A stretch of 64,000 nucleotides of DNA, taken from positions 95,542,001 through 95,606,000 of the forward strand of contig OZ024744.1 in NCBI GenBank assembly GCA_964016885.1. The letters run 5' to 3'. Numbering within the stretch: position 1 is the first letter of the stretch; each line of letters opens with the position of its first letter. This document shows, piece by piece, positions 41,258 to 53,705 of the stretch. A model generated the notes under the pieces. The model ran no database searches, was not told the origin of the DNA, and saw only the letters and a list, made by a program, of their open reading frames with translations. The stretch is from Eledone cirrhosa. Its lineage: Eukaryota. The position numbers were made by a program, and so were the translations under genes.

Positions 41258-42462
41258 CTCTCATCTTACACAATCACTCTCATCACACCACTCGCCTCTC
41301 CAGCTAGAACAAGGAGTCAAATCAACACCCAAATGTTGTAACAAGGTAGTGCAAGTAACATCATAAAACACACCCAGTCCTCGATGTAAAATGATAGTGC
41401 TGATCCCATGACAAAAAGAACCCAGTTAACCCTTTAGCATTCACATGGAGGCACATGGCTCAGTGGTTAGAGCATTGGCCTTGCAATCGAAAGGTTGTGA
41501 GTTCAATTCTCAGACCGGGTGATGTGTTGTTTCCTTGAGCAAGACACTTTATTTCACATTGCTCCAGTTTACTCAGCTGTAGAAATGAGATGATAGGGAC
41601 TGGGGTCCATATCATTCCACTACAAAGTGGTCGTGGAGGTGCCACGGCAAAAACGCACCCAGCACTCACTGTAAATGAGGTTGGTGTTAGGAAGGGCATC
41701 CAGCTGTAGAAATCAAGCCAGAATCAGTTCCAGTCCCACCCTTGCAAGCAGGGAAAAGTGGACGTAAAATGAAATGATGATGAAATGATGATTACTCTAT
41801 ATATATATATACTATTATATTTTCATGGTAAAGGCTTTATCTCACATAATTATCTCACATAATATCGAATCTATGAGATTTTGAAAGTATATATTTTGAG
41901 AACAATACCTTAACATCAGTTTCAGTGACCAGTTACAGCCAGTTTCAACAGAAAGAGGTAGAGAATTCTGGCCGGTTTTGGCCGGTTTGAACATCCTGTA
42001 TGGTAGTAGTGTTGGTGCCCTGAAAAAAAGCTTCAGTTTATATGTTGTAAAGTGGTTGGTGTTAGGAAAGACATCCAACTAGAGAAAACCAAGCCAAAAA
42101 TGGAACATATATATGAACAAGACGTGGTCACTTGACCTGTCATTTGACCTCTCTAGCCTCATAATTTGACAGCCTGGCTAACCTATGCAAGCATGGGAAA
42201 TAGATCTTAAATGGAGATGGTGATGATGATGGTGGTGGTGGTGGTGGGGATGATGAAGATTGTGGTGGGATGATGATGATGATGATGATGATGGCGATGA
42301 AGACGATGATGATGGTGATGATGATGGTGATAGTAATGATGCTGATGATGATTTTGGTTGTGATGGTGATGGTGATGATGTTGATGGTGGCGGTGGTGGT
42401 GGTGGTGGTGATGGGGATGATAATGATGATTATGGTTATGATTGTGATGGTGATGCTGCTGC

Positions 42463-42505
<43 letters not shown>

Positions 42506-42732
42506 GGTGATGGTGATGATGATGATGATGGTGATATTAATGATGTTGATGATGATTATGGTTATGATGATGATGGTGACGATGACGATGATGATGATGA
42601 TGATGATGATGGAAGACCACAGCAAATGTAATTTTCAGAGTGAAAAAAAAAAAAAAAAAGAACTGTAAAATATATACTTGAGAAAATAGGTCACTATGAC
42701 ATATATTTAAAAAAACATTCTTATATAAATTT

Positions 42733-42870
42733 ATCATCATCATTATCCGGCGGCCTCAGCCGAAATTAACTCAACAATTGATCTTCACGTGGGTCTGTCA
42801 TTCATTGCTGTTGCCAAGTCCTGGATTTCAATACCAGAATCTCTGGAGATGACGTCGTGATAGGAGAGCT

Positions 42871-42901
<31 letters not shown>

Positions 42902-43870
42902 TGTTATTAGTAACTGATTGTGGTTTCCAAAGCGGACACAGCCTCGTAGGTGGCACGATGGCAGTGGCCAGCAAATCAGGATAGGAGAGCTTGTGTCCTC
43001 TGTTATCAGTGACTGCTTGTGGTTTCTAAAGCACTAATGGGGACACAGCCTCATAGGTGGGACGATGGCAGTGGCTAGCAAATCAGGATAGGAGAGCTTG
43101 TGTCCTCTGTTATTAGTGACTGCTTGTGGTTTCTAAAGTACTAATGGGGACACAGCCTCATAGGTGGGACGATGGCAGTGGCCAGCAAATCAGGATAGGA
43201 GAGCTTGTGTCCTCTGTTATTAGTGACTGCTTGTGGTTTCCAAAGCACTAATGGGGACACAGCCTCGTAGGTGGCACGATGGCAGTGGCCAGCAAATCAG
43301 GATAGGAGAGCTTGTGTCCTCTGTTATCAGTGACTGCATGTGGTTTCCAAAGCACTAATGGGGACACAGCCTCGTAGGTGGCACGATGGCAGTGGCCAGA
43401 AAATCAGGATAGGAGAGCTTGTGTCCACTGTTATTAGTGACTGATTGTGGTTTCTAAAGCATTAATGGGGACACAGCCTCGTAGGTGGCACGATGGCAGT
43501 GGCCAGCAAATCAGGATAGGAGAGCTTGTGTCCTCTGTTATCAGTGACTGCATGTGGTTTCCAAAGCACTAATGGGGACACAGCCTCGTAGGTGGCACGA
43601 TGGCAGTGGCCAGCAAATCAGGATAGGAGAGCTTGTGTCCTCTGTTATCAGTGACTGATTGTGGTTTCCAAAGCACTAATGGGGACACAGCCTCGTAGGT
43701 GGCACGATGGCAATGGCCAGCAAATCTTACTCTCCTTTTACGTACAACAACAAATATGCGTGGGAGGCAGGAGGCAGATGTCACCAGCTTATGTTCTGAA
43801 TGCGTTGAAGCAGGTGAGTGTAAGTGCCATCAAGGTGCTTTTGTTGTTTGGATGAAAGCGTCCATGTTTC
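42733..43870 (-). mobile_element. RTE-like LINE 3' fragment containing a 107-bp tandem array (about 8 copies, 42860-43726)
   Basis: Minus strand RKRRVRFAGHCHRA..EAVSPLVLWKP...LSYPD; GCAAATC (one copy GAAAATC) recurs every 107 nt from 42971 to 43720; stop followed by a TGATGATGA tail. Confidence 0.85.
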
Positions 43871-44009
43871 ACTTCCATATAGTAAATTTTGGTATCTTTT
43901 ATCAAATAAATTTTGGTATCTTTTATCAAATAAAACAATTTATATATCATTTATTGTGTTTTTAAAGTGAATTTGGCTGCTATTTCTAACAGAGCAAGTT
44001 ACCTTGTAG

Positions 44010-44203
44010 CAGACATGCCAACCTCTAAAAACCCAAACGGGGAGTATCATGAAAAGAAGTGCCCCAAAACGAGGAGAAATTAGGCAAAATGGGGAGATTT
44101 ACATGATGAACGCTATATCCATTTTCACAATAGAAGACATCTCTTATCTATACCAAAGTGGGTGGGAGATCTCCCCTTCAGACAGGGAGAGTTGGCAGGT
44201 CTG
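44010..44203. mobile_element. MITE with short TIRs, possibly hAT
   Basis: CAGACATGCCAAC ... GTTGGCAGGTCTG; TSD not clear. Confidence 0.6.
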
Positions 44204-44686
44204 ATGTAAAAGTTTGTTTTTTTAATCATGTTTATATGTGTTGCAGTGGAGCCAGATGGTTGATGATATTGTTATCCTTATATATCACCATCATCATCAA
44301 TATCGTCCATTTATCATCAATATCGTCGTTTAACTTCCATTTTTCTACACTAGCGTGGCTTAGATGAGTTGTCCTGTTGTGAGAGCAGCCAGGTCAGATG
44401 ACCATGTCTTGCTCTTACAGAACTGTTTCTGGGTTGGCTTCTATGGCTGGATGCCCTTCCTAATGCCAACCACATTTACAGTGTTGACTGGGGTGGACAA
44501 GGTACGTGGGGATTGGAGAGGTAGATAAATGGTGAGGGTATAGGGGCATGGATGAAGGATGGGGTGTTAGAAAGTGGGAGGTGTATAGAATGAGGAGGGG
44601 AATGTAGTGCGTACAAGATGTATGCTTCAATCTACACACGTGGGGAGGTGAGTCTTCTGTATTGCAGCATATTATATATATATATA

Positions 44687-45118
44687 TATAACGAAGGGTA
44701 TTAGTGGTGTTTGTTAGATATAATAACAAGAATAGCATATTGACTTTATATATAAAAAGGTTTGCTTCACTTCAGTCAAAAAGAACAATAAACAAGTTAC
44801 CACGAGTCGCGAAGGTTGATGATGTTATTTTGATGTTGGTTCATGAGGCAGGTGTAGTCAGAGATCAGGAGAGAGAGAGAGAGTAATGGTCTGTGATCCT
44901 CTGTGGTTTGTAGATAGCAGTGAATCTTTACATAGCTTGTAATAGCGTACTGTGTGTTAAAACGTGGGAAAATACAAGCTTTATATACCTGTCGCTTTCT
45001 GTCTCCCACCTTGAGAGATCGCCCACGCATGAACCTGTCCACGCCGAAAAGGATGATGACCTAGAATTTGACTTCTAGGTGTCACCCAAGGGTCAAGGCA
45101 CGGACAGATTTCGCTATA
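44687..45118 (-). mobile_element. Probable solo LTR inside (TA)n
   Basis: Inverted termini TATAACGAA / TTCGCTATA; on minus, a TATA box GTATATAAAG followed by a (CT)n tract; (TA)n on both sides. Confidence 0.45.
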
Positions 45119-45235
45119 TATATATATATATATATCTGTTATTTTAATAAATATATATATATATGTAAAAGGTGAACAGAAATAACAACACCATCGGTAT
45201 AGTATATGGAAGGGATATATTAGGTTAACAGAAGA

Positions 45236-45276
45236 GGGTCTTAACGTTTCTGATGCTAGTCCTTCATCGGAAGAAA
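45236..45276 (-). ncRNA. Penelope-type minimal hammerhead ribozyme remnant
   Basis: Minus strand TCTT-CCGATGA-AGGACTAGCATCA-GAAA-CG-TT-AAGA: stem I TCTT/AAGA, variant core, palindromic short stem III. Confidence 0.5.
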
Positions 45277-45339
45277 GAATGAGAAATAAGATAGATTGAG
45301 GGCATGGGTGGGTTGGAATTGGAAGAAAAAAAATATATA

Positions 45340-45501
45340 CTGTATTTCCCGGAGTTGAAGATGGTGTTGTTTTCCTAAAATAAGTCTATAAAATCTACCA
45401 TGCATCCTCGACGATGAAGCGTCTTCGGCGCCAGGAAATACAGTTAAATTTTTTAGACTTATTTTAGGAAAAAAGTAACATCTTCGATGCTGGGAAATAC
45501 A

Positions 45502-45502
<1 letters not shown>
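45340..45502. mobile_element. Palindromic Tc1/mariner-like MITE in a TA repeat
   Basis: TA|CTGTATTTCCC...GAAGATG and CATCTTC...GGGAAATACAG|TA; inner IR TTTTCCTAAAATAAGTCTA / TAGACTTATTTTAGGAAAA; extra internal TIR copy at about 45420-45443. Confidence 0.8.
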
Positions 45503-45543
<41 letters not shown>

Positions 45544-45848
45544 ATCGGAATTAAGAGTATTCCGCAGTTCACAGTAATAATAATAATTGTTTCTATTTTA
45601 GGCACAAGGCCAGTGCATTACTGGTACTTTATTTTATCGACCCCGTAAGGATGAAAGGCAAAGTCAACCTCAGATCGTAAAGGGATGTAACTATGCTGGA
45701 AAGCATGGTGTCCGACCCTCTACTGATACTGCCAATCCCCTGCTAAACCTGTAGATATTGTTCTCTATACAGTAAGGGTAAAACTCACTTGTAATAATTC
45801 TTTACACACATCTCACTGTGTAACACACTTCTCTTTGTGTAATATATT

Positions 45849-45917
<69 letters not shown>

Positions 45918-47004
45918 TCATCATCATCCCCATTTTACGTCCGTTCCTCCACGCTAGCATGGGTTAGACGGGTTGTCCTGTTGTGGGCAGTGTCCGGTCA
46001 ACTGACCTTGTCTTGCTCATACGGGAACTGATTCTGGCTTGATTTCTACAGCTGGATGCCCTTCCTAACACCAACCTCATTTACAGTGAGTGCTGGGCGC
46101 TTTTTTCCGTGGCGATATAATATATATATATAGTGGGTTATGTAGTTTTCTTTGTAGTGTGTGTGATTCAGGGTAAGGTAAGAAGAGTAAACTATAGAAA
46201 GCTGACATGGAGAAGATAAAATACAATAAAATACAATAAACGAGATAAAACTTGTTTAAAAACAGTACACAGTATACATTTTGTGTTTTATTGTTGTTTA
46301 GGTGACGGTAGAGGTGTAGAAAGATGCGTGTGTGTGAGTTAATGTTAGAATTAAAATTAGGGTTTAGAGTTAGGATTAGGATTAGGATTACTGTTAGGAT
46401 AGTTGTTATATACAGCGTTCCTTGGGAACTTTAAACCTAGTGAAGCCCATCCTCTTTTCAGGTCTCAATATAGCTGATTTCTTCCAAAGAATGAGAGAAA
46501 AGGATAAAGAGGAAGACTTGCCCCTGACACTGGAATGCCACTTTTTTAACGACCTCGAAGGGATAAAAGGTAAGTTATTCTTATAAATCTGTATTTTATA
46601 GTCGCCACACTATAACCAAATGGTTAAGGATTGCTCTTCAAAATCTTTAGATCTCAAGTTCTCATCTACTGTGGAGGCACACGGCTTAGTGGTTAGAGCA
46701 TTGGCCTTGCAATCGAAAGGTTGTGAGTTCAATTCTCAGACCGGGTGATGTGTTGTTTCCTTGAGCAAGACACTTTATTTCACATTGCTCCAGTTTACTC
46801 AGCTGTAGAAATGAGTTGTGTAGGTGCCACGGCAAAAAACCACCCAGCCCACACTGTAAAGTGGACGTGTAGGCGCCACGGAAAAAAAAAGCACCCACTA
46901 CTCACTGTAAATGATGTTGGTGTTAGGAAGGGCATCCAGCTGTAGAAATCAAGCCAGAATTAGTTCCCATCCCACCCTTGCAAGCAGGGAAAAGCGGACA
47001 TAAA

Positions 47005-47037
<33 letters not shown>

Positions 47038-47954
47038 TGTGGTATGTTGGACAACTGTCATTTACTTTGGTTCAAACCATTATGCCTTGCCCATGAAATT
47101 GGATAAATGGAAACTGCTTAAAAGCCTGTTGGAATGACTGTACCTGTAATCAGTAACGCGCAGAGGGAGGGGGCTGACAGTGTGTTGGCCATCCTTTGGA
47201 TGGTGGCATCATTTGGGGAAAAGAACTTAATAAATTTGATTTATATTAAAATTGAATAAAGCATTTATTTCATGTTTCATCTGTGTTTATATATTCAAAA
47301 TATTTTCCTTTCTCATAATATTTCTCATAATATTTCTCATAATATTAGGCCTTATACTTGAGCCTTTGGAGCATTAGGCCTTATACTTGAGCCTTTGGGG
47401 CATACAATCTTCATCATCATCATCATCACAATTTAACGTCCATTTTTTCATGCTAGCATGGGTTAGACATGTTGTCCCATTGTCAGATCAGATGATCATG
47501 TCTTGATCATACAGAACTGATTCTGGCTTGGTTTCTATGGTTTCTACGACTGTATGATCTGTCTTTGATTATCATGGGTGAGAAGAAATATTATGGTGAC
47601 TGGATCATTCAACCATTTATATAAATTATTAAGCCTCTATTACTAACAACACAGTGCTAGGAACTATATGCCCACATAGTCGCACCTCGTAGTATGGCTT
47701 GTCAAATATTTTGATAAGGTCTAATGTTTTGTCAAAGATCAGTATTACACAGACCACTCTCTTTAAATACATGTTTTGGCAGGGGTGTAATTTCACTGCT
47801 TGCCATAAGTGCTGTTTTCCTTAGTTACACCTCTGTGTACATTGAGTACTATCCTGATCTTGAATGAGATAGTGAAGGCCAGCCTCTAGAAACTGAACCT
47901 CCCAATCATCATCATCATCACCATCATCATCGTCGTAGCCATTATCACCACCAT

Positions 47955-48355
47955 GCTTTTTGTTGTGATACCTACATGACCACTTTACAGTGTGGATTGG
48001 GTGTTTTTTGTTGTGTCACCTACATGACCACTTTACAGTGTGGACTGGATGATTTTTGTTGTGTCACCTACATGACCACTTTACAGTGTGGAATGGGTGA
48101 TTTTTGTTGTGTCACCTACATGACCACTTTACAGTGTGGAATGGGTGATTTTTGTTGTGTCACCTACATGACCACTTTACAGTGTGGAATGGGTGATTTT
48201 TGTTGTGTCACCTACATGACCACTTTACAGTGTGGAATGGGTGATTTTTGTTGTGTCACCTACATGACCACTTTACAGTGTGGAATGGGTGATTTTTGTT
48301 GTGTCACCTACATGACCACTTTACAGTGTGGGCTGGACACTTTTTGTCGTGACAC
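47955..48355 (-). repeat. 48-bp minisatellite, about 8 copies, derived from the RTE 5' UTR / SINE B module
   Basis: Plus-strand unit TACATGACCACTTTACAGTGTGGAATGGGTGATTTTTGTTGTGTCACC. Confidence 0.9.
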
Positions 48356-48529
48356 CTTGTCAGATAACAGCACACTTGTCATACACCCATGACATTATAC
48401 TTATCCCTACCACCACCACCACCACCACCACCACCACCACATATAGTAGAGTAGAGAGTGCTCTATATTTGAGTCAATGACTGGCAGCCTCTTTAGACAT
48501 GGCACCACCAAAAATGCACTTGTACAACC

Positions 48530-49407
48530 TGTAAGGGGGTTAGCAATGGGAAGATTCCCCTATAACGGCGGCGAAGATTCGAAACCGAATCTGAGCTTTT
48601 CTGCCTCTGGGACAAGCCGTGATTGGTTGTTTACGCCCGGCAGACCAACCCCTTGGGAGATGCTAAACACAGGTCAGATGTTTACGCCTGGCAGAAAAGA
48701 GGTCAGATGATATATCCATCCTTCTAACTTCAACCGTTATAAATACAAGGGTTGTTTACGCCTGGCAGACCAATCCCTTGGGAGATGCTAACCACAGGTG
48801 AGATGATATATCTATCCTTCTAGCTTCAACCCTTATAAATACAAGGGTTGTTTACGCCTGGCAGACCAATCCCTTGGGAGATCCTAACCACAGGTCAGAT
48901 GATATATCTATCCTTCTAGCTTCAACCCTTATAAATACAAGGGTTGTTTACGCCTGAGAGAAAAAGTGAGACTACAGACAAGAAAGGAGGTTTCACTGAC
49001 GCTGTTAAATCTCCCTTCACGAAAAACCGGCCTGTCCACTAATTTCTCACACGCCTTTCCCGCCTGGCTGATTGATTACTACTACTGCTAAGACAAGAAA
49101 GTATACTAATACACACACACGCATACATAGTAAGTTCACACTGTTTGCATTTTTACACGCACCATTTCTGTCTGTCCTATTGTATCTTTCAGATACAATA
49201 CAAATTATATTATCGTGTTCTGTGATACTTGTATTTACGTGGCTTGAAGAGCCACCTACTCATTGTACGAATATTTCATGTTATAGATTTTATCATTCAA
49301 TATTCAAATTGAATATTGTTATAATAAAATAAACATTGTAACAACACAATCCTGGTATTATTCTTTGCATTGAAACCATCATACCAACAACCCATCTATC
49401 CGTTACA
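48530..49407 (+). mobile_element. Possible solo LTR with internal 96-bp tandem repeats
   Basis: TGTAAGG ... CCGTTACA termini; GTTTACGCCTG at 48754, 48850, 48946; TATAAATA in each unit; AATAAA near 49325; TSD not found. Confidence 0.45.
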
Positions 49408-50440
49408 ACTAAATTCCACTTATTCGTTACATCCCCTTCCCTCCACGTGCTAGAACTCTAAAGTCTGTCTCGGTTCATCAGGTCAGTGCTTACCCCAATT
49501 TCCATGGTGTGAAGCGACTGAGAGTACAAGACTATCCCCTGGCTGGGACGCCAGTCCATTGCTGAGTTAAAATCCCAGCTATTGCTGGTACTCATTTTCA
49601 GGAACTCATGGAACAATGTGAAATGAAGTGTTTTATTCAAGAACACAAGACACAACCCAGTCCAGGAATCAAACCTACAACATTAGGATCATAAGTCCAG
49701 CATCCTTACTACTAGGCCAAGCCAAACCCCACCCCCAAAAATTGAGGTGACTTTTCGGATGTAACAAAAGTACAACAACCTCTCTAGTGTTGGTGATCTA
49801 CATGATAAACACATCCACTACATTGTGTAAAGTCAAGGGTGCTGGAACTTAAACTACCAAAATACTCATCTTTGTATATGTGTTACAATTTATGTACATG
49901 TTATGATTAGCGTATATTGAAGTTTTGTATATCTTGGTTGATATTTGATAACAGTGTAATATATTATGTTAACCTTCGTAGTAAATATCTTTGTCATGTC
50001 ATAACCTTTTCTTCACATATCACTATTTGCTAGTTGTTAGTATGTGTTATTCAGAGACAGACTTCGTAGGTCATTTTGCTATAAACACTTTATAATTATT
50101 GAAAGCTGTAAATATAATGATGTAAATAAATATAATTGAAAGCTGTAAATATAATGTAAATATATGACCTGCTTGGACTCAAATTGTATTTTCTGACCAT
50201 TTTCAAGTGCAAAGAGCTAAACTAATCACTACAACTAATTTGACCAAATTTGCCCCTTTCTCATTTCAGAAATGCTTCCACCACCCCTGAAAGTGGTTGG
50301 TGTTAGGAAGGACATCTAGTTATTGAAAACTTATAAACAAAGGGTCAGAAGGACAGAAGAACTCTTCAGTTGTGTCAACGATATGACAACCTCCCTAGTG
50401 ATGGTGTTATGATAAAATGCCCTTACTAGAGTGTAGGAGT

Positions 50441-50722
50441 GAAGGCATATGGCCTAGTGGTAAGAGTGTCGGGCTTACGATCATAATGTCATGGGTTCGA
50501 TTCCCGGGTTGCGTGTGGTGTTCTTGAGCAAAACACTTCATTTCACGTTGCTCCAGTATACTCAGCTGAAAATGAGTACTAGCAATAGGTGGAGGGTTAA
50601 CCCTGCGATGGACTGGCGTCCTGTCCAGGGGGAGTCTTGTACTCTCAGTCGCTTCACACCATAAAACCGGGATAAGCACCGGCCAAATGAGCCTTCTGGC
50701 TTAAGACAGACTTTAGACTTTT
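50441..50722 (+). mobile_element. tRNA-head SINE family C; inverted copy at about 49455-49720
   Basis: A box TGGCCTAGTGG, B box GGTTCGATTCC, TTCTTGAGCAAAACACTT, conserved-domain-like CCCTGCGATGGACTGGCGTCCTGTCCAGGGG. Confidence 0.8.
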
Positions 50723-50990
50723 TAGAATGTAGGAATGTATGTAAGTGATATATAGGCCCCCGGTCTGTCTGAGAAGTTCATAGCTGTGCTGGAATACTGA
50801 CTTGGTCTGCAAAGACCCATCCAACCTTTGCTTGCAGAGAAAGCAGATATTAAATGATGATGAAATATGCATGTATGTATGTATGTATGCATGCATGTAT
50901 GCATGCATGCATGTATGCATGCATGCATGTATGCATGCATGCATGTATGCATGCATGCATGTATGTATGTATATATGTATGTGTGTATGC

Positions 50991-51403
50991 CCGGGAGAGA
51001 TGACCCCTTAGCCTTTGTCAAGGCAGAATTCTAGGAGAAGGAAAACTCTGATATAACACCTGCAACCCTGATGGTATCCAATGATGTTGACTTGTTCTTC
51101 TTTTTGGTAAATATCATCTTGGTTAAGAGAGTGGGACTGGCTTTGTGCAGTGCCTTTGCTCACTATAAAAGCTTCACGGCACAGGCATTGCTTTATATCT
51201 GGAGATCTCTCTGCACTTGTCGTCACATGGTACCATGGGCCCAGCACTATGTGTCAATAATTGTCACAAGTGTAGTGTTTGTACCAGAGTTTTCAAGTCG
51301 CTGGCTGGACTAAAAAGTCACGGTCGTTCAGCGCATCGGTAGGAGTTCTCCTACATGGATATAAAGTAGTGGCCGTACTCGAAAACGAGTTGGCAGCCAC
51401 CAT
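50991..51403. mobile_element. LINE-derived repeat in (TATG)n; longer copy at about 63160-63778
   Basis: About 410 bp nearly identical at both loci, from GGAGAGATGACCCCTTAG to GAGTTGGCAGCCACCATG. Confidence 0.8.
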
Positions 51404-51699
51404 GTGTGTATGTATGTGTGTATGTATGTCTATATGTATGTATGTATGTTATGTATGTATGTATCTCTTCTTCTTAATTTCGAGTATATTTTTGACTGGC
51501 CACCTTCCTGGTGGCAAGGTTGTAAAAGAAAAGAAATGTATGTATGTATATATGTATGTATGTATGTATGTATTAATGTATGGGTGTATGTATGTATATG
51601 TGTATGTATGCATAATGTATGTATATATGTATGTATCTATGTATCTATGTATGTATGTATGTATGCATGTATGTATGCATGTATATGCGTGTGTATAAA

Positions 51700-52370
51700 A
51701 TGTTCCTCGCAGCATTTGAGGTTGGTGCTTTCTGTGGTGATAACATTGTTATTGGTATCCTTCACTAGGGCTGTCTTGATAGGGGACCGGCACAGGCTCT
51801 GTGGAGTGTGTTGAACACTTGGCTGAGGTTGTTATTCTTTGCCACTGCTTCCAGGCACTTAGCTTCATCTGCCCAAAACTTCTCCCAGTCATTCGTGATG
51901 GCATTGTTGTGTATCTGGTTGAGCTGACAATATTCATTCATGTTACCCCATAATCAAGCCTTGCAGTGACAGTTAATTATCTCCAACATCTGCATTGAAA
52001 TCCAGGTTCGTTTCGTAGGAAGTCTTGAGTTTACCAAGATGTCATGCGCAGACTGGTTGATGCTTGATTTAAAGTTGTTGGTCTCGTCTTCGGCCATGGC
52101 TCTGAAGTGATTGGTGTTGAAGCACACAAATGTAGAGGCAATATAGGGATCATAGAAACAGGATGAGTCAAGGTCAAGGCTGGTACTTGGTGGCAGGGTT
52201 TGCCCACAACCTCAGCTTCAGTGCAGCAGCCGGAAACTGATGGTCGGTATTGCCAAGTTGAGCTCCTCTGTATACTCGGCAGTTGGTGATAAATGACCGC
52301 TATCAGCAGGAGATGATGATATGGTCGATTGCTTTCCGTGTGCAGCCATCTGGACTGTATCCAGTTCATA
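51700..52370 (-). pseudogene. RTE LINE fragment: endonuclease C-terminus and linker
   Basis: Minus strand RKAIDHIII...NCRVYRGAQLGNTDH and NDWEKFWADEAKCLEAVAKNNNL. Confidence 0.65.
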
Positions 52371-53087
52371 TGTACATACATAGATCATCATCATCATCAT
52401 CATCAGCATTTCATTTTACGTCCGCTTTTTCCCTGCTTGCAAGGGTGGGACGGGAACTGATTCTGGCTTGATTTCTACAGCTGGATGCCCTTCCTAACAC
52501 CAACCTCATTTACAGTGAGTGCTGGGTGCTTTTTTGCCGTGGCACCTCCACGACCACTTTGCAGTGGAATGATTTGGACCCCAGTCCCTATCATCTCATT
52601 TCTACAGCTGAGTAAACTGGAGCAATGTGAAATAAAGTGTCTTGCTCAAGGAAACAACACATCACCCAGTCTGAGAATTGAACTCACAACCTTTCGATTG
52701 CAAGGCCAATGCTCTAACCACTAAGCCATGTGCCTCCATCATATATACATATATGATGGCTGCAAACTCACGTTAAGAGTATTGCAATCACTTGTCAGAT
52801 TTAGATGTGTGATACTCAGATATAACTTTTCAAGCCTGTTAGAGACTTGCATTCCTTAGCACATTGATGACAACTATGGATCTCCCTGGCCTCATGTCTT
52901 GCATCAGGATGCCTGTAACCTTCACAATACCATGGAGATCATAATTCACCGGTTTATCTCTGAACATGGCTACGACTGTGGTTCTTGAGATCAGATTTGC
53001 TCAAGCAAATCTTTCCACACTCAGGGCTCACCAATTCAATGGAGACACATATATACATGCATGTATACATACATACATACATACATA

Positions 53088-53705
53088 CAATGGAAATCTA
53101 ACCCCGGAGATTAACCACATATGTGGTCTGGCCTCTGGGGTCATGTACTCCCTCTGGCAGCCCCTTTGGCACCACTGCTCTATCTACCGTAAGATGAAGC
53201 TCCACATCATCAACAATTCGGTCCTCTCCATTCTCCTCTATGGAGCAGAAATGTGACCCCTCACAAAGTCCCTGGCAAAGAGGATTGACAGCTTTGATAG
53301 CAGAGCCCTGAGGACCATCAAGAAAATTAGATGGTACCACCACATTTCCAACGAAGAGTTGTGTGCATGCACACATCAGCCCAGGGCCTCCAACCTCATA
53401 CTCATCTGCCCCATGTGCTGGTACGGACATGTCCTTCGCCTGTCATGAGATCATCCTACCAGAGCCTTACTCTCATTCAACAGCAACTACAGGTTGGAAG
53501 AGGCCCCCATGGCAGGCTCTACACCAGGTGGCTGGATGTCATCAGGGAAGATCTCCAGAGGTTCGTTGTCACCTTGGAGGATGCATATGGGATGGCACGG
53601 GCCTGCTGGTGATGGAGGGCATTGGTGAATCTGGTCTGCTCTACACACGATGATGCAGAAGGGATCACTGACCTAGGATGACCCCAGTCTCATCGAGCAA
53701 GAGCA
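53088..53705 (+). pseudogene. RTE LINE 3' fragment
   Basis: SVLSILLYGAEM, WYGHVLR, GRLYTRWLDVIREDL across frameshifts. Confidence 0.8.

Noticed and set aside
22021-42668. Homopolymeric ORFs (poly-D, M, V, T, H, KERK)
   Set aside because: They are translations of microsatellites.
36837-43726. CRISPR-like arrays
   Set aside because: Units are contiguous with no unique spacers, there are no cas genes, and the context is eukaryotic.
50441-50515. tRNA genes at SINE heads
   Set aside because: A and B boxes run directly into SINE bodies; no clean acceptor stem or terminator.
51700-53705. Twin-priming inversion of a single RTE
   Set aside because: Orientation fits, but the RT core is missing, a SINE and a microsatellite intervene, and no TSD was found.
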